64,000 nt of DNA from positions 248,001 to 312,000 of the forward strand of contig CT868263.1 of the NCBI GenBank assembly GCA_000165425.1, given 5' to 3'. How positions within the stretch are numbered: position 1 is the stretch's first letter; every line of letters begins with the position of its first letter. Of this stretch, positions 40,712 to 54,896 are shown one piece after another. The notes under the pieces are model-generated. The model saw only the letters and a list, made by a program, of their open reading frames with translations. It did not search any database and had not been told where the DNA came from. A program made the position numbers and the translations under genes. The DNA is from Paramecium tetraurelia (Eukaryota).

Positions 40712-41599
40712 TCATGTTTATGATTGAGGATTTTATTACATTTAAAGAAAACAGTTAAAAAAATAAGGCTAATGTTAATAGAGTAACTAGGAATTCAAGA
40801 TATTACATTCAGCTTATTTAAGTTAATTAAGGTAACAATATTGCTGATACATTGAATAGTTAAAATAATTGTAATACATTTATGGTTAATTGTAATACAT
40901 TTATAAATGTTTCTGATTATCTACATTAAGTTCGAAATTTTTATCTTCCTCCTTTATTTTATTAGTTTAAGATTCTGATTTCATATCTACAGTTTTTGCA
41001 GGGCTGTTGAGTGCTACTTTTTTATCTAAAATGTCTTATAAAGTTTATAATTCAAAATATTATTTTATATTATCCTTATTAGTTTCTTAATTTAATAGAA
41101 GCTCAGATAAATTATTTAAGTTATCTGAGAGTTGGTTATTTTTTTATAATAATTTAAGTTGAAATTTTTATCGTTTTTTTAAAATCAAAGAAAAAGTAGT
41201 AATTAAAATCTAGCATTCCTTTTTGTACTTAAGCTTATTCATAAGAGTAGATAGAATTTCTAACTACTATTTAATTTGTTATTGTACAGATTTGGCTTTA
41301 TTTAAGCTAAAAATTAGTTATTTTAATTTTTGATTCAATTTCATGTATATAGGATTCTTTGCATTTTTTATTTCCATTAAATAAGTTTGTAATGTTTCTA
41401 ACAGTTCAAAAGGCTTATTTGATGAGTAAATCTAAGTGATATTTATTTTGCAATCTGAATTACTGTTTATATTGGATAATTATATTTAAGTCTATTCCAT
41501 TGTATCCAAATATTATTCTTACAATTCATCTAATTGAAGCAATAGTTTTTTCATTTTAGATAATGATAACTAATCTTTGAGCAATATGCCGTTTTTCAT
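40712..41599 (-). CDS. Hypothetical coiled-coil protein with Q/Y/N-rich tail, 295 aa
   Basis: Continuous code-6 frame MKNGILLKDQLSLSKMKKLL... to TGA at 40712. Confidence 0.7.
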
Positions 41600-42402
41600 T
41601 TTTAATTTGCAATTATTTATAATTATCTAAATACAATCCTATTATTTGGATAAAATTGGTTTTGCTTTCTATATTAAATAGGTTTGCTAGTAACTAAAAT
41701 TTGGATTAATATGTAACAATATATAAGTTAATCATTTAAAAAGTTTCATTTATTACAGAGCCTAACCAACCGAAACACCTCTTTTATTTATATTAATTAT
41801 AATATATTAAAAAACAAATCAAAATAATAATATAGATTCAAGCCAATAAGATACCGCCAAAATAGTAAGAAACTGTAAAAAATGTTCCTCTAATCATTTC
41901 TTAAGCAATTAATCATCAAAATATTGAAGCCTAACCATTTTTCACTATTTAGGAATTTGAGAGAAATGAATTTAATAAATAATGTATAATAATTGAGTAA
42001 TTCAATCTAAACTCACAATTTTATTGGAGAATTAAAAATTAACATCAAAAAAGAAGTTTTTGAAGGATTACATATATATCCTGTTTAATTCTGATTTTTT
42101 GATCTTTCATTATATTCAATTTACGCATAATTGATCCTAATAGAAGATAAATTACCAATAATTATAATTGTTAGGACTTAGCATATTAAGATTATCAAAA
42201 TATTTATGAATTAAATATATATTAGTTAAGTATTATTTTATTTTTGATAATCTAAATGAAAATAAATGAAGAAATATAGGAATCCAATTGTGATTTGAAA
42301 TTAGATAATTTAGAAATGGTGATTACTTGGATAATTTACATGCAAAAAAGTTAGTTTGATAATATTAAAATATATTTATTTATTAATTTTATTATATCGT
42401 TA

Positions 42403-43087
42403 ATGCTGAGTCAAAAAAATTTATTAGTTGGTGAAGAAGATTTCAATTTAAATAAATTTCGAGATTCTTTGTATCTTAGAATGTCAAGTCCGAGCTAATC
42501 AAAATTGAGTAGTGTAAAAAAGGAAGAAAATTCAGTTAAGAAATCAGCGAAAAATTCAATGCATACTGATGTACAGCACCGAAAAAGGTAATAAAAATAA
42601 TTATTGTTAGCGTGCCATCATTTGATGAATTATTGAAAACAATGAATACAAGTAATGGTCCTGTCTAAAAATAAAATACTTCTAATCACAAAAGAAATAT
42701 CACTGATTCATCTCGAAAGATGAGTGGTATATATAATAAGATTGAATGTTTGGGAAATAATGAGGTTAATCAAATAACCAAATTATCATAACCGTAAATA
42801 ATTTTAATAAATTTAGATTCATTTCTAATACTCCTCTAGCAGTATCAAATAATTAGCAACCCAAAAGGACAACCTTCTCGAGTAGCATTGCAGAAAAACC
42901 TGTTTTTTCAAAGGGAAATGGGAAATCTCTTATGGATAAATTGTCTTTAAAAGAGCTGATGGAAATTCGCAGTAAAATAGATAATAGTACATAATCGGAA
43001 GTGCATGAATTATCTGCAAATTATGTGCAAGAATTATTAAAATTATCTTAAATCATTATTAAGTAAGTAAGGCATATAAAGCATTGA
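42403..43087 (+). CDS. Hypothetical protein
   Basis: Code-6 frame MLSQKNLLVGEEDFNLNKFRDSL... with tiny introns; helical C-terminus; internal exon structure uncertain. Confidence 0.65.
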
Positions 43088-43138
43088 AATATGTTTATAT
43101 ATATTTAATAATAAGAATTAATATTTTTATTTAAGAAA

Positions 43139-43489
43139 ATGGCATCTAAAAATTTTATATCCAAAAGAGTTGCAGAACAATTTACCAAAAACATCCTACT
43201 TCCAAATAGACCCAAAGACTTACATTCCTATCAAAAAATGCTCATGCACAGATGCACTAATTTAGGAATGAAAGAATTAGATATAATTTTGGGCAGATGG
43301 TCTTAGGAATTCGTGCCAAAGATGAACTATGAAGAATTGAACTAGATGGAGTCTGAAATCTTAGATCTAGATACAATAGACATCTATAATCTATTACTGT
43401 AGGTTAAAGTGGCCGAAGAATTGAAACCTTTGGAACAATTGAAATATGTATAAGAAATTAGGAATTACGCTCTGAAAGGTTTGATATGA
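43139..43489 (+). CDS. SDHAF2: Succinate dehydrogenase assembly factor 2 (Sdh5/SdhE family)
   Basis: KMLMHRCTNLGMKELDIILGRWSQEFVPKMNYEEL...ILDLDTIDIYNLL matches the Sdh5 pattern; basic N-terminus; intronless. Confidence 0.88.
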
Positions 43490-43533
43490 GATGTCTATTA
43501 AATATACAGATTATTAATAATAAAAATAATTTA

Positions 43534-44101
43534 ATGTTCAAGAACAACTTCTACTCCTATGTGGGTGGTACTAGATCGGATATAGCCATGAGTATTGAAT
43601 CCTATTTCGAAGTTATGGAAGTCTTATTGGATTAATATTTGAGTAGAGAAGTATAGAATATGATATTATCAACAACAAGATGCTGTTCAATTTCAAGAAT
43701 TGCAGTCAAGTGCTCAATGACATAGTGGTTTCAGCTCCATTAGCCTTTTTGCCTTTCTCGCTCTTGGGAACACAATGGCTCTTTGCAGGTGCTAACAGAA
43801 AGGGAGCTAATAAAGCTTATGGGCCCATACTTGCATCTGTACATATGTTAGTATTATGGAGAGCTTACACTGCTCCAATCCCAAATAAATTATACACTAA
43901 AATAATCGCAGATCCTACGGTCGATGGGTAATATATCAGGTATTAAATTATTATCAATTTAGAACTCAATTGTCTGTCATGAAGCCAGGCTTATGGCAGG
44001 TATTGAGCAGGGAATTGTATCATAAAGGATATAGATTTCCTGAAATGCTAGAGTTCAAGACCGCCACAGAATTCCCAACTGGATTTGTCAAGCCCTATTG
44101 A
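43534..44101 (+). CDS. Hypothetical small membrane protein (two hydrophobic segments)
   Basis: MFKNNFYSYVGGTRSDIAM...FPTGFVKPY with two introns; high-complexity sequence; includes ORF-track 43680..43931. Confidence 0.85.
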
Positions 44102-44171
44102 TGGTACATCACAATAATATAATATATCCAATATTTAATACAATTTTTATTTAATTTTAATACAAAAGTAT

Positions 44172-47100
44172 ATGGAGGCAGATTAACTATTGGTGACTAA
44201 TTTTTTTATAGAATAATAAATAAAAATATTAAAACCCCGACCTTTGGCTATTAAATAAAGTGCTGAAATTTTATAACATTACTATAAATTGTAAGCAGTA
44301 ATAATTTTAACATATTATCACTTTTATTAGAAAGAATAAGTCAAAGTCATAGAAACATCTTTGCTCAGCATCTATTCATTCTTTCAATCTGACAACTTTG
44401 AAAGTTATTAGGATATCAACACTAAAATTAATAATTTACTTGAAGATATTTCTAAAATTGATGATAACACAATAAAGAAAGGACAATTTCGAAGATCGAT
44501 TTGTAGAAAATCATTATAAAAGTATTACATTCTGATTTTATATATTCAATTAGATCATTTAAAATTTTATCTTTAAAACTTAGGATATCTTTGGACATTA
44601 TCAGTAAAAAATGGATAAATAAACAAAATTTAAAAAATTAATTAAGATGGTCCAATCTATGCATCCGAAACATACAAAAGTATATTGACATATTTAAGAT
44701 AAAGTTCTTTGAATTCAGATCTAGCATTAGTCTCTAAAAAGTTATTTAAAATGTTTATATGCAGAATATGTGAACAACCTGTCTAAGCAACTCAAATGGA
44801 ATAACATTGCATAAAGTGCGAACAATAAGCTGAAAGCAAAAAAAGATTATTGGAACTAAATTTGGAATTAGCAGATGTTTGTGATTAGGCATATTTAGAA
44901 AAGAGGAATGTGCAAGTTAAATTGGCAATTAAAAAGTATTATTATCGGTATCATATTTAAGAATGAGAGATAAAACAAAGAAGAGATAACATCATAATAC
45001 TAAATATATTTATAGAAGAGTTTAGACTTTAAATGATTAAGACGAAGATGAAGATAATCAAAATGAATATTAATAAGAATTGAACACAATAGTCAACATT
45101 ATGACATAAATTATTAACTTTGCTGAAAAAACATTAAACAATTCTGCTGAAGTTGAAGATACTAAATGTAAATACATATTATGATCTTTATTAATAGAAA
45201 CCTTAGTGCTGTTAAATGACATAGTCAATGCCAGTCAATGTATTGAAAGCCAAGAAACATTGACAGTTATTAATGCAACCCATAAATGCTTACTAGATAG
45301 ACTAGATTATTAGAAAAAATAAGAGAATATTATCAATAACTCATTAGAAGGGTCTCCTAATCAAAATTAAGATAATATCAGTAAGATCAAAAGAGCTTTT
45401 ACTAAGTCTAATTCAATTTCATTCAGAATGCCAAAATTTTAAAATTCTCCCTCTCCTTCTTAGAGAATATCTACAGATCCTATTTAAGAAGAAGAAGATG
45501 TACCATAATCACCTTAAATTTCATCATCTTCAAAACTCATATCTTAAAGAAAAGGATTTAAAATCAATTCTTCTATTTTTAAGTTGAGTGACGGATCTGA
45601 TTCTCCTAAATCAATTAAATAATCATCTAATTTAATTCAGGTAAAAACAAGCTATTTCTCTTAAATTGAGACAAACTAAACCGTAAATTCTTCCATTAAT
45701 GAACTTAAAGTTGAAAATACACCATAATAGTCAAGTAATGAGTTCACCTAATCAAGAGAAAACATTTAAAAATCAATATAAAAATTAGCTCAATTTAAAG
45801 CTTCGATCCAACCACTCTTAACGAAAGATTAGAAAACATAGATATTAGAGGAGATTACAGAAGAAGTAAAATTTCCAAATAAAATAATTGAAATTAGCAA
45901 ATAATAATCCATAAAAGATAGCGAAAATTCATCTAATAAATCTAGTATAGAATCTGGGAATTCCAACAATAATAATGAAAGAATTAATTTAGCTCCTAAA
46001 AGAAAATACAAAAAGAAAAACAAATTAAGTTTCTAATCATAAGAAATTGATAATTTATAATTGAATAGTAAAAATCCCCAAAGAAAAAGTAAATTTTTTG
46101 AAAATTAAATCTGCAAATCTCCCATTGTTTTATATGACAACACAATGGATGAAATTTTGATTGATAAAGGATACCATTCCGATTCCAATTTAATTAAAAG
46201 TGTCTCACCTTAATAAAATGAATCTTCTAAGGTTGGAATTAAAGATTTTGAATTCATTAAACTATTAGGAAAAGGAGCTTATGGATGGGTTTTTTTAGTG
46301 AAAAAACATGGCTCAGGAGATCTTTATGCTTTGAAAATAATTGATTGTGCTTAAAGAGTAATTTGAAATTTTAATCATAGAATTTAGAAGCATTCTTGGA
46401 ATAGTTAAAGGCTGAAAGAAATATTTTCGAAATTCTCAACAGCAGTTTTGTCGTTAAAGCATATTTTTCATTTGTTCATGAACAGTATCTTATTTTTGTA
46501 CAAGAATACATGATGGGAGGAGATCTAGCCAGCATTTTAAAACAATATACGGTAGATTCTAATATAAATCAATTTAGGCGCTTGATGAGTTTTATGTTTA
46601 ACATTATATGGCTGAGATTGTTTTGGCTTTAGAATATTTAAGATAATAGAATATAGTGCATAGAGATTTAAAACCAGAAAATATATTATTAGATTGTTAA
46701 GGACATGCTAAACTTGCTGACTTTGGTCTGTCAGAATAGGGAGTGAATAGCAGATTAAAATTAAAAGACAATTTGAGTACTTAAAATTCTGTAGAGATAC
46801 CTACTTGTATAGAACAATTCAGTGATTAATCAGGTTATTAGCCAATCTATAAATAACTTAAAAAAGTAGATTCGATTTTAGTTGAGAAATAAGGATGTAA
46901 AACAAAAAAGTAAAATTTAATATATTAATAAAAGGATTGTTGGTACTCCTGATTACATTGCACCTGAAATTATATTGGGAACTTCAGTGAGCAATTTTAG
47001 TTCAGATTACTGGAGTTTGGGTATTATAATGTATGAACTACTTTGTGGTATTGCCCCTTTTAATGATGACACTGTGGATAAAATTTTTGATAATATTCTG

Positions 47101-47624
47101 AATATGAGAATTGAATGGCCTTAAATTGGAGAGGAAGAAGATTGTATTTCAGAATAAGCATATGATTTGATTGTAAAACTATTGGAGCCTGATTTTAATA
47201 ACAGAATAGGGCACAAATCTATTGAAGAAATAAAAAATCATAAATTTTTTAAAGGTTTTACTGAATTATAATCATAGGTATCTAATGGAATAGATTATTG
47301 AGCAAACCAGGATTGATTATTCCAGAGCTAACTTGTGAATCAAAAGACACTGAAAAGATGCAATAGTTTTTAAAAAAATTGGAAAAAACTAATAAAGATT
47401 CAGAAAATAAAAAATTAGCCTAATAATTGAAAGCTTAACTTTAAAATTTAGAAAGAATCGATTTACTAAAGTAAAGAAGCACATAAGAATCTGATAAATA
47501 TTTGTATAATTAATTATTAATTAGATCGCAAGTGTAGAATGAACAAAAAAAAATTTAACATCAAATTGAGTTACTTACACAGCTTTATGCAAAACTTTAC
47601 TAATGTTACTCTAAGATGCAGTGA
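44172..47624 (+). CDS. AGC kinase, IRE/Rim15/MAST(Greatwall)-like
   Basis: FICRICEQ...HCIKC zinc finger; [27 protein letters not shown], long activation-loop insert, IVGTPDYIAPE; multiple tiny introns. Confidence 0.92.
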
Positions 47625-47765
47625 TAAGATTTTTGTTCTAATAATTAGATATTTATTTTTGTAAAATCAAGATATACAATTAATATAATTATTTTATCAG
47701 AATTTATATAGATACAGCATATTTCGATACAAAATGTTGGAATTAATTGTTTTATAAAACAAAAT

Positions 47766-49316
47766 ATGAATAGAAAGTTCTTCCAACTAAGATAGATGAC
47801 TAGGAATCTTGATGAGTCTTATAAAGAAGACTTAGAACTTTATGGAAAATTATTGTAAAAGAAATATCAGCCTAATCCTTAAAGATTGAATAATGATAAA
47901 CAAATGCTATAAGAATGGGACCAATTCAAATAGTTTAGATTATCGAATATAATAGATTCCACACTGGATTCAGATATATTTAAGATCTGCATTTGTGACT
48001 TTTTAAAAAAAAAAAGAGTCAGCATGGAATTTTGGATTAAAGTTGCATATGATATTTTTCATGATGAAACAAAAGGAAAATAAGTGAGAATGAAATTTTG
48101 GAGATCAATGAGAAAGAAATCTAGTAGTTTAGAATTAGACTTGAAAAATAAAAAATGGCCTGTTGCCTGGAAATATTTGGAGAGAGAACCATGTCTAAAT
48201 CTTGAATTACTCAAATTGTATGAACAATACATGCCCATACGTCCCTTTTTTGCTTAAACTCTAAACACCATGACTAACATTACTTGTGATTTAAGGAGAA
48301 TGCCTATGCTCAAAGAAGAAAAATCTATAGAATTTGATCTATCAAAGACTACTTGGTTTCCTAAAATAGATATGTGTGGTCCAGCTATTTTAGAGTAATT
48401 GTCTAGTTCAGATAACTATTTTTGCGACTCATTGGTTAAATTTACAACAGAAATGAAGGCAATAATGTTCCCTATATTAGATTTCTTTAGATTAGATAAG
48501 AAAAAAGGTAGAATTATAAATTTATTTGGTGAGCAACACGATTTTGTATTAGAAGTACTTTATTCCTTAAAAGCTTTTTGTGGATAAGCTATAAACTATA
48601 CTTAAGGATCATTGAAGAAGAAAAAGAATTATAAATGCACAAACTCATATAAAATAAATGAATTGCAATGTACTATTATGTTAGCAACCCTATCAGAAAA
48701 CGATTTGAATTAAGATGTAATTAATGATATCCAAAATAATATTTAAGGAGGCTATTCTGCATTTATTCAGGATAATTAAATGTACTATCATGGTGAAAAA
48801 AATTAAAGGTTAGTTCTTATATTTAGCTAAAAGAAATTAGAGTTTGGAAGACTGGAAAAAGGAATTAAATTCTATTAAATTTCTGACTAGCAGATTTCTA
48901 CGTTAAAAAGTAAATTCAATTACGAGTTTCTAGTATATTATGCAAACATTTTGTTCAACAAATGCATGATAGTGTAGCAGAATTGCAGCTCAAGAAAACC
49001 TTTTTATTAAGTTATGATTTGTATGTGGACATATGTTTTGGCAGTCTATCTTTCAGGAGAAATTCCCAATTTAGAAGTAGCTAATGTTTTTCAAGATAAT
49101 AATGATAAAGCAGATTCATTTTTAGACATTTAAATTGATTTAGGACTAAGTTCTCACGAAGAAGATGCAGAGCCAGAATTTGAATAATACTTATTTCAAA
49201 AAGTTAACTTTGATTTTGCTAATCAAGTGGGAGGACTAAGTTTGGATCCAAGTGAAGAAGAAGACTGTATGATTGTGGATTAAATAGAGAAGAAAAAGAA
49301 GATTATTTTAGTATGA
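47766..49316 (+). CDS. Hypothetical protein, ~516 aa
   Basis: ATG 47766, ORF-track fragment 48399..48587 and TGA 49314-49316 share a frame; acidic then basic (KKKK) C-terminus. Confidence 0.78.
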
Positions 49317-49932
49317 TTTAGTAATATTTATATTAATTTTTTATGGATATTTACATAATAAAATATTTAATTAGATTAGATATATGTTTTATGGTGCAAT
49401 TGTTATATAAAAAACTTAGTTATAATTTTTGATTGATTTATGTAAATAATATTAATAATTTCATAAAATGTATTTAATAAGATTCGATCAAAAAAGGAAT
49501 GGCTTTTTTTTCTTGATAAGAATGATAAATAATTAGGTAGATCTCTACCATTTTTTGAATTAATATTGCACAAGTATTTATATTTTATGAAACAACAATG
49601 TTATTAAGAAGTATAGTTTTTTATAATAGTATTATATTCCTAAATTCTGATACTATGATAACAAATAATATCCAATATGATTTCCAAATCCTTGTTATTA
49701 ATAAATATCGGTATCTTAGTTATTTACAAAATATATAAGACCATCCATGGTGATATGATAAATCAAAGAAATTTCATTTTCAGATTTAAACTAATAATAT
49801 TTGGCAAAAATTGGAGATTTTATAATTATTATGGAAAACAAAGATAATGTACAATAATTGGAATACTTAGAAATCTGATATATATATTAAGTAATAATAG
49901 TTTATTTTATTTATATTTATTTTTTTTGCCCG

Positions 49933-51769
49933 ATGTTCCTTAATCCTGAAATGATTAATGAAGCACAAGACTCTTCAGCTTAGAATTAGTAATGTAGTTC
50001 ACGACAACAGCCAAAGGGGAGGTCTAATAATATGAATCGATTTTAAGTAAAGTAGAAGGATGAATCTAAATCAGATAATAAACCTATGAGTAGAATTTAA
50101 TAGGTAAATTGTAATCTCATAATATAAGAGAGAAATGGAAATTTCTAAAAAGTAGGTTGAATCCTAGATTTAAGAAAATAATGATTTAGTTGAAAGTCTT
50201 GTTTAATTTGATTCGGATGATGAAAAAAATGGTGCAAATTAGATTATTAATCCTTTAATTCTTAGCCTATAAGAATAAGAAGAATAAACTGTAAATATAT
50301 TCCTTATTTTGAGTAACAATAACAGGTAATCCAATCAAAACCAAAGACTTTTGATTCAATTAGTGCATTGCAAAATAATGCCTAATATAAAAAGAAACTT
50401 GGTTAAAATGAATCTTCTTATGGCCAAGAGTTTGATTTAAAGATTGATTAAGTAAATAATAGTCTTAATTTTAGTTAACTATAATTGGAAACAATCATAA
50501 TTAGTATTATGAGCCAGGATAATAAATAAATAAAACTAATGATCTTCCTTAACTTTCAAAGTAAAATAACAAGATATAATTTGATTATACAAAAAAAGCC
50601 TAAGAAACTAAAAATGTGTCAAAATTGGAGGAAGATTAAGCTTAAAAAAATCCTTAAAAATACCAATAGTTTGATTAATAAAATGAATAAGTTGAGGACA
50701 TTATTCAATTAGATGGAAGTCAAACTGATATTTTTTCAGAAAATATAGATAAAGATAAAGAACAACAAAGTTAAATTCTCTTTTAAAATTTAAACTTAGA
50801 AAATGAAAAATAGGAGAACATAAAAGAGGAGTCATTTAATGAAATATTTGAATAAAGCGAACTAAAATCTTAAGTATCAGAGGAGTAGTAATAGTAATAA
50901 GAATAATAATAATAATAATAACAATAATAATAATAATAGTAATAACCAAAGTAGACTTGTCCATATCCAAAACCATTGGCTTCAATATCAATGCCTTATG
51001 GTAAGAAGCATTTTCTTGTAAATCCAGCAGAGAAAGGAGGAATGATATAATGTACAATAAAAAGAGATAGAAGTGGAATGTGTAGATTTTATCCTAAATA
51101 TCATATGCATGTTTCAAATGGATTTTTGTATTTGATGAGTGCAAAAAAGAGAGCATGCAACAATACAAGCAATTATATTATTTCACAATCGAGAGATGAT
51201 ATGGAAAAGATAGACAATTTCTTAGGGAAAGTTAGGAGCAATTTTATGGGAACTGAATTTATCTTATATGATTCAGGGTTAAATCCAGAGAAAACAAAAG
51301 ATCCATAAAAAGTTAGACAGCAATTAGGAGTTGTTCAGTATGAAAGTAACATTCTCGGTTCAAAAGGACCTCGTAAAATGGTGGTAAATCATTTGAGTAA
51401 ATGAAGGTTTTATTGCCAAATTTGAATGAGCGAGGTTAATTGTATGAGTTCAAACCTTCCAATTCAAAGGATGGAATATTAAAGGAATATTTAAACAACA
51501 ATAGAGACTAAATTGTCACTTATGTTAATAGGCCCCCGTAATGGAATAGTAAACACAAAGCATTTGTCTTGAATTTTTATTAGAGAGTAGACAAACCAAG
51601 TGTTAAAAACTTTCAACTCATAGAGGATTAGAAGGAGGATAACATATTATTGCAATTCGGGAGAGTTGGCGAAGATCTATTCAATTTAGATTTCCAATAT
51701 CCTATTACTCCACTTCAAGCATTTTAAATTGCATTAACTAGTTTTGATTACAAAATTGCATGTGAATGA
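49933..51769 (+). CDS. Tubby-family protein
   Basis: [14 protein letters not shown]...[40 protein letters not shown]-terminal FDYKIACE; long Q/N-rich N-terminus with introns. Confidence 0.95.
50886..50945 (+). repeat. (TAA/TAG)n microsatellite encoding poly-Gln within the Tubby gene
   Basis: In the Tubby frame 19 of 20 codons are Gln, 18 of them TAA/TAG. Confidence 0.85.
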
Positions 51770-51823
51770 AATGTTTTGTCATTAAAATAAATCAATTATA
51801 TATATATATTATACAAAGAGAGA

Positions 51824-52207
51824 ATGTAAAACAAGCCATTAGACTGGATTTGCATTGGATGCAAAAATCTGAATTACTCCTTTAGAAAATACTGTAATCG
51901 ATGCAAGACCTTCACAAGAGATGCTCCAGGCACAAAATTCATCCCACTAGAACAACCTAATATTATAGATTCATTGAAACTCTCAGAACCTGATCTAACA
52001 GGCAGTGGACATAGTACTACAGATAGTGTTGGAAGTAAAGCTCAAGAACAAGCTGTCTTTCATTAAGCTCTTTTCTTAGAGAATTTAACATAAAGTAAAC
52101 AAGAAACGGTTAACAAGAACTTCAACTTTATGAAAATTTGTACACTTTGTCGAACTGACAACTATTTTTATCAATCTAAATGTAAGTAATGTGGATTTAG
52201 GATTTGA
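51824..52207 (+). CDS. Small protein with two RanBP2-type zinc fingers, 127 aa
   Basis: DWICIGCKNLNYSFRKYCNRC and KICTLCRTDNYFYQSKCKQCG; intronless. Confidence 0.9.
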
Positions 52208-52700
52208 TATTGACCATAGTAAGGCCATGATTTGATTTTAATTATTATTCATATCTATTTCTTATGCTATAAATAAAAAATAAAAATATCAAAATTCTAT
52301 AAAAAGTCATCAAACTCCCCCCAAGAGAAATATATCTTAGTCCAAAAGCTAGATGATTAAATTTTTAAATTATTTCTTTCATTTTAATATATTAATTAGT
52401 TTTATTATGTGTGTTAATAAAGAAATAAATATTTGTTGAGAAGTATCTTACAAAAATGAAGACTTAAAACCTTTTGATTTATAATACACATTAATTCAAT
52501 CATCGCATTTCCGATAAAATCTAATGCTTACCAATATTTATAATTTAATTGAGTTATTAAGGTGTTGTTTTGAACTCATTATTGTTTTAATAAGAACAGA
52601 CAAAGTTCTTTAATACAATTCTAGCTATTTTATATATAGTTCTTTATTCATCAATTAGAATGTAAATAATTAATTTGGAGTTAAAACAATTTAATATTAA

Positions 52701-54833
52701 ATGAAAAAAAATATTATGATGGAACATGATTAATAGATTCCCCTTCAATAAACTATATTTCGAAATGGTGTCTCTGTATTACCATTACTAGTTAAGAAAA
52801 ATAGTATGGGTATAGCTTTAGAAAACATTCCAAGAACCTAAACATTTTCAAGACAAATGCAACAATCAGGTCATAATGACAGTGTATAATAATCCAGAAC
52901 TCCAACAATGAAAAACGATTCCCTTTATGGTAATATTTACAAGAAACCAATTGTCATTAAAAAACCCAATTTTATTTTAAAGAAACCTGATAACGATTTT
53001 AGTTGGCCACTTTTCAAAATAAAAAATGATCCATTAATAAAATAATTTTGGGAAAGAAGAGGCTATAAGGATACAGAAAAGAATTGGATATTTGATGATT
53101 ACATTTTTGCCAGTAATATGTTGAGAATTGGAAAAAAGAAAAAAATTGTGAAGGGTTATTTTTATAGATTAACAAGTTCTGGTTTATTGATGTACTATAA
53201 AAAAGTATTTCTTATTATTATTTTCAAAGGAATCAGATACATTACCCAAAGGTTTCCTGTAATTGAATATGCAGATAAGACTGATTGTTAGTTTTTAAAA
53301 GACAAAAAGAAATCTCTAATTACCAGTATTGTATTTAGAAAAGACCCAAGGTGTTGGAATAACTATTTTTGATCATTTGATTGACCAAACATTAAAATTA
53401 GGAGAATGCATTTAACAATTTTGTTTAATGAGGGGTTTCACTGTTTTGTATGAATAATTGGAATTACTGGGAAGTGGAGCATTTGCATCAGTTTATAAGG
53501 TAAGTAGAAAAAGAGATGAGAAGTATTTTGCTGCAAAGACATATTTCAAGTAATTTTATGATGATCATCCACACAAAGAAAGATTGCTTGTAAAGATATT
53601 TATTTAAATATAGGTTAGTCAATGGTTTATAATGAAATTACAACTCTTAAAAATATTGATCATTAAAATATCATGAAACTATATGAAGTAATTTAGGAAA
53701 AAGATAAATTGATATTGATTATGGAATATTGCGCAGGTGGAACATTATACTCTTATGTGAAATAAAAAGTCAAATTCAATGATAAGCACTATGCTTATAT
53801 ATTAAAGTAATTATGTGATGCTCTATATGAGATGCATAGATTGAACTTTGTACATAGAGATCTCAAATTAGAAAATATCATGCTAGAATCAAAAGACTAT
53901 TTATAATTAAAATTAGTTGATTTTGGTTTCTCTGAAATTATTAATGAAAAATAATTAGTTAGTTAAGCAGGAACCCCTGGTTTTCTCCCTCCAGAAATTT
54001 TCAGATAAATCCCTTATACTGCTAAAAGTGATATCTTTAGTTTAGGTGTAATTATGTATTTGGTATAAATTTAATATCTAATTAGATTGTTGCTGGATAT
54101 ATGCCATTCAAAGCCCCTACTGCAACATAAATCTTAGAGTTAAATAGAAAATGCTAAGTAAACTTTGATAAGTCTCCTTGGTAAGATGTAAATCCAGATT
54201 TGAAATACTTAATTAAGAAGATGCTTGAATTTAAAATAGAAGATAGAATAAGTTGCTTAGAGATTCTAGACAGTACTTACATTTTACATCATTCACGTTA
54301 GACATCAGAGACTAATTATAAATCAAACTAAATGTTAAGTGGACTTGAATTTGATAAGTGTAATAGGCAATCAATGAAAAGTATTAAATAGTCTGAACAA
54401 TCTAATGATAGAAGCAAAGAATTTTAATTAGATTTTTCAATACATACAAACGACATAAAGTCACTTTATTAAAGGAATTCTTAAAAGACTAATAAATCTA
54501 ATAGATCAATAAATTCTTTAGCAAAAAACTCTTCATAAAAAAAAATATCGCGATCAGTACCTAAAGAATGCCAACTCTCTAAATTTTAGAGCACCAAAAA
54601 GGTAGAAGATTTAGACTCGCATAAGAGTTAAAGCAAAAAACAGAGTTCTTTTGGGGATGTTATAATATGTAAATATATAATTGATTATCTTTTAATTAGA
54701 AGAAACAAAGATTGTAACATTTGATGACACTGACTCTTTGAAATTAGAATAGATTCTATATTTAAAAAGAGGTGGATTAGCCTTTAATAAAACAAAGAAA
54801 CCTTTGGATTAATTTTCTAACAAAGTCAACTGA
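52701..54833 (+). CDS. PH-like domain + CAMK-group Ser/Thr kinase (paralog of 12924..15082)
   Basis: LGSGAFASV, FAAK, HRDLKLEN, DFG, GTPGFLPPE; KGYFYRLTSSGLLMYYKK PH-like segment; several intron positions shared with the paralog. Confidence 0.93.
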
Positions 54834-54896
54834 ACTATGTATTATAATTTATGATAATGAAATTATTAAATATAAGTTAATTATATTTATTAATAT

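Noticed and set aside
40866..40904. Short tandem repeat TAATTGTAATACATTTAT x2
   Set aside because: A 21-nt in-frame coding duplication (QMYYN twice); not CRISPR-like or mobile
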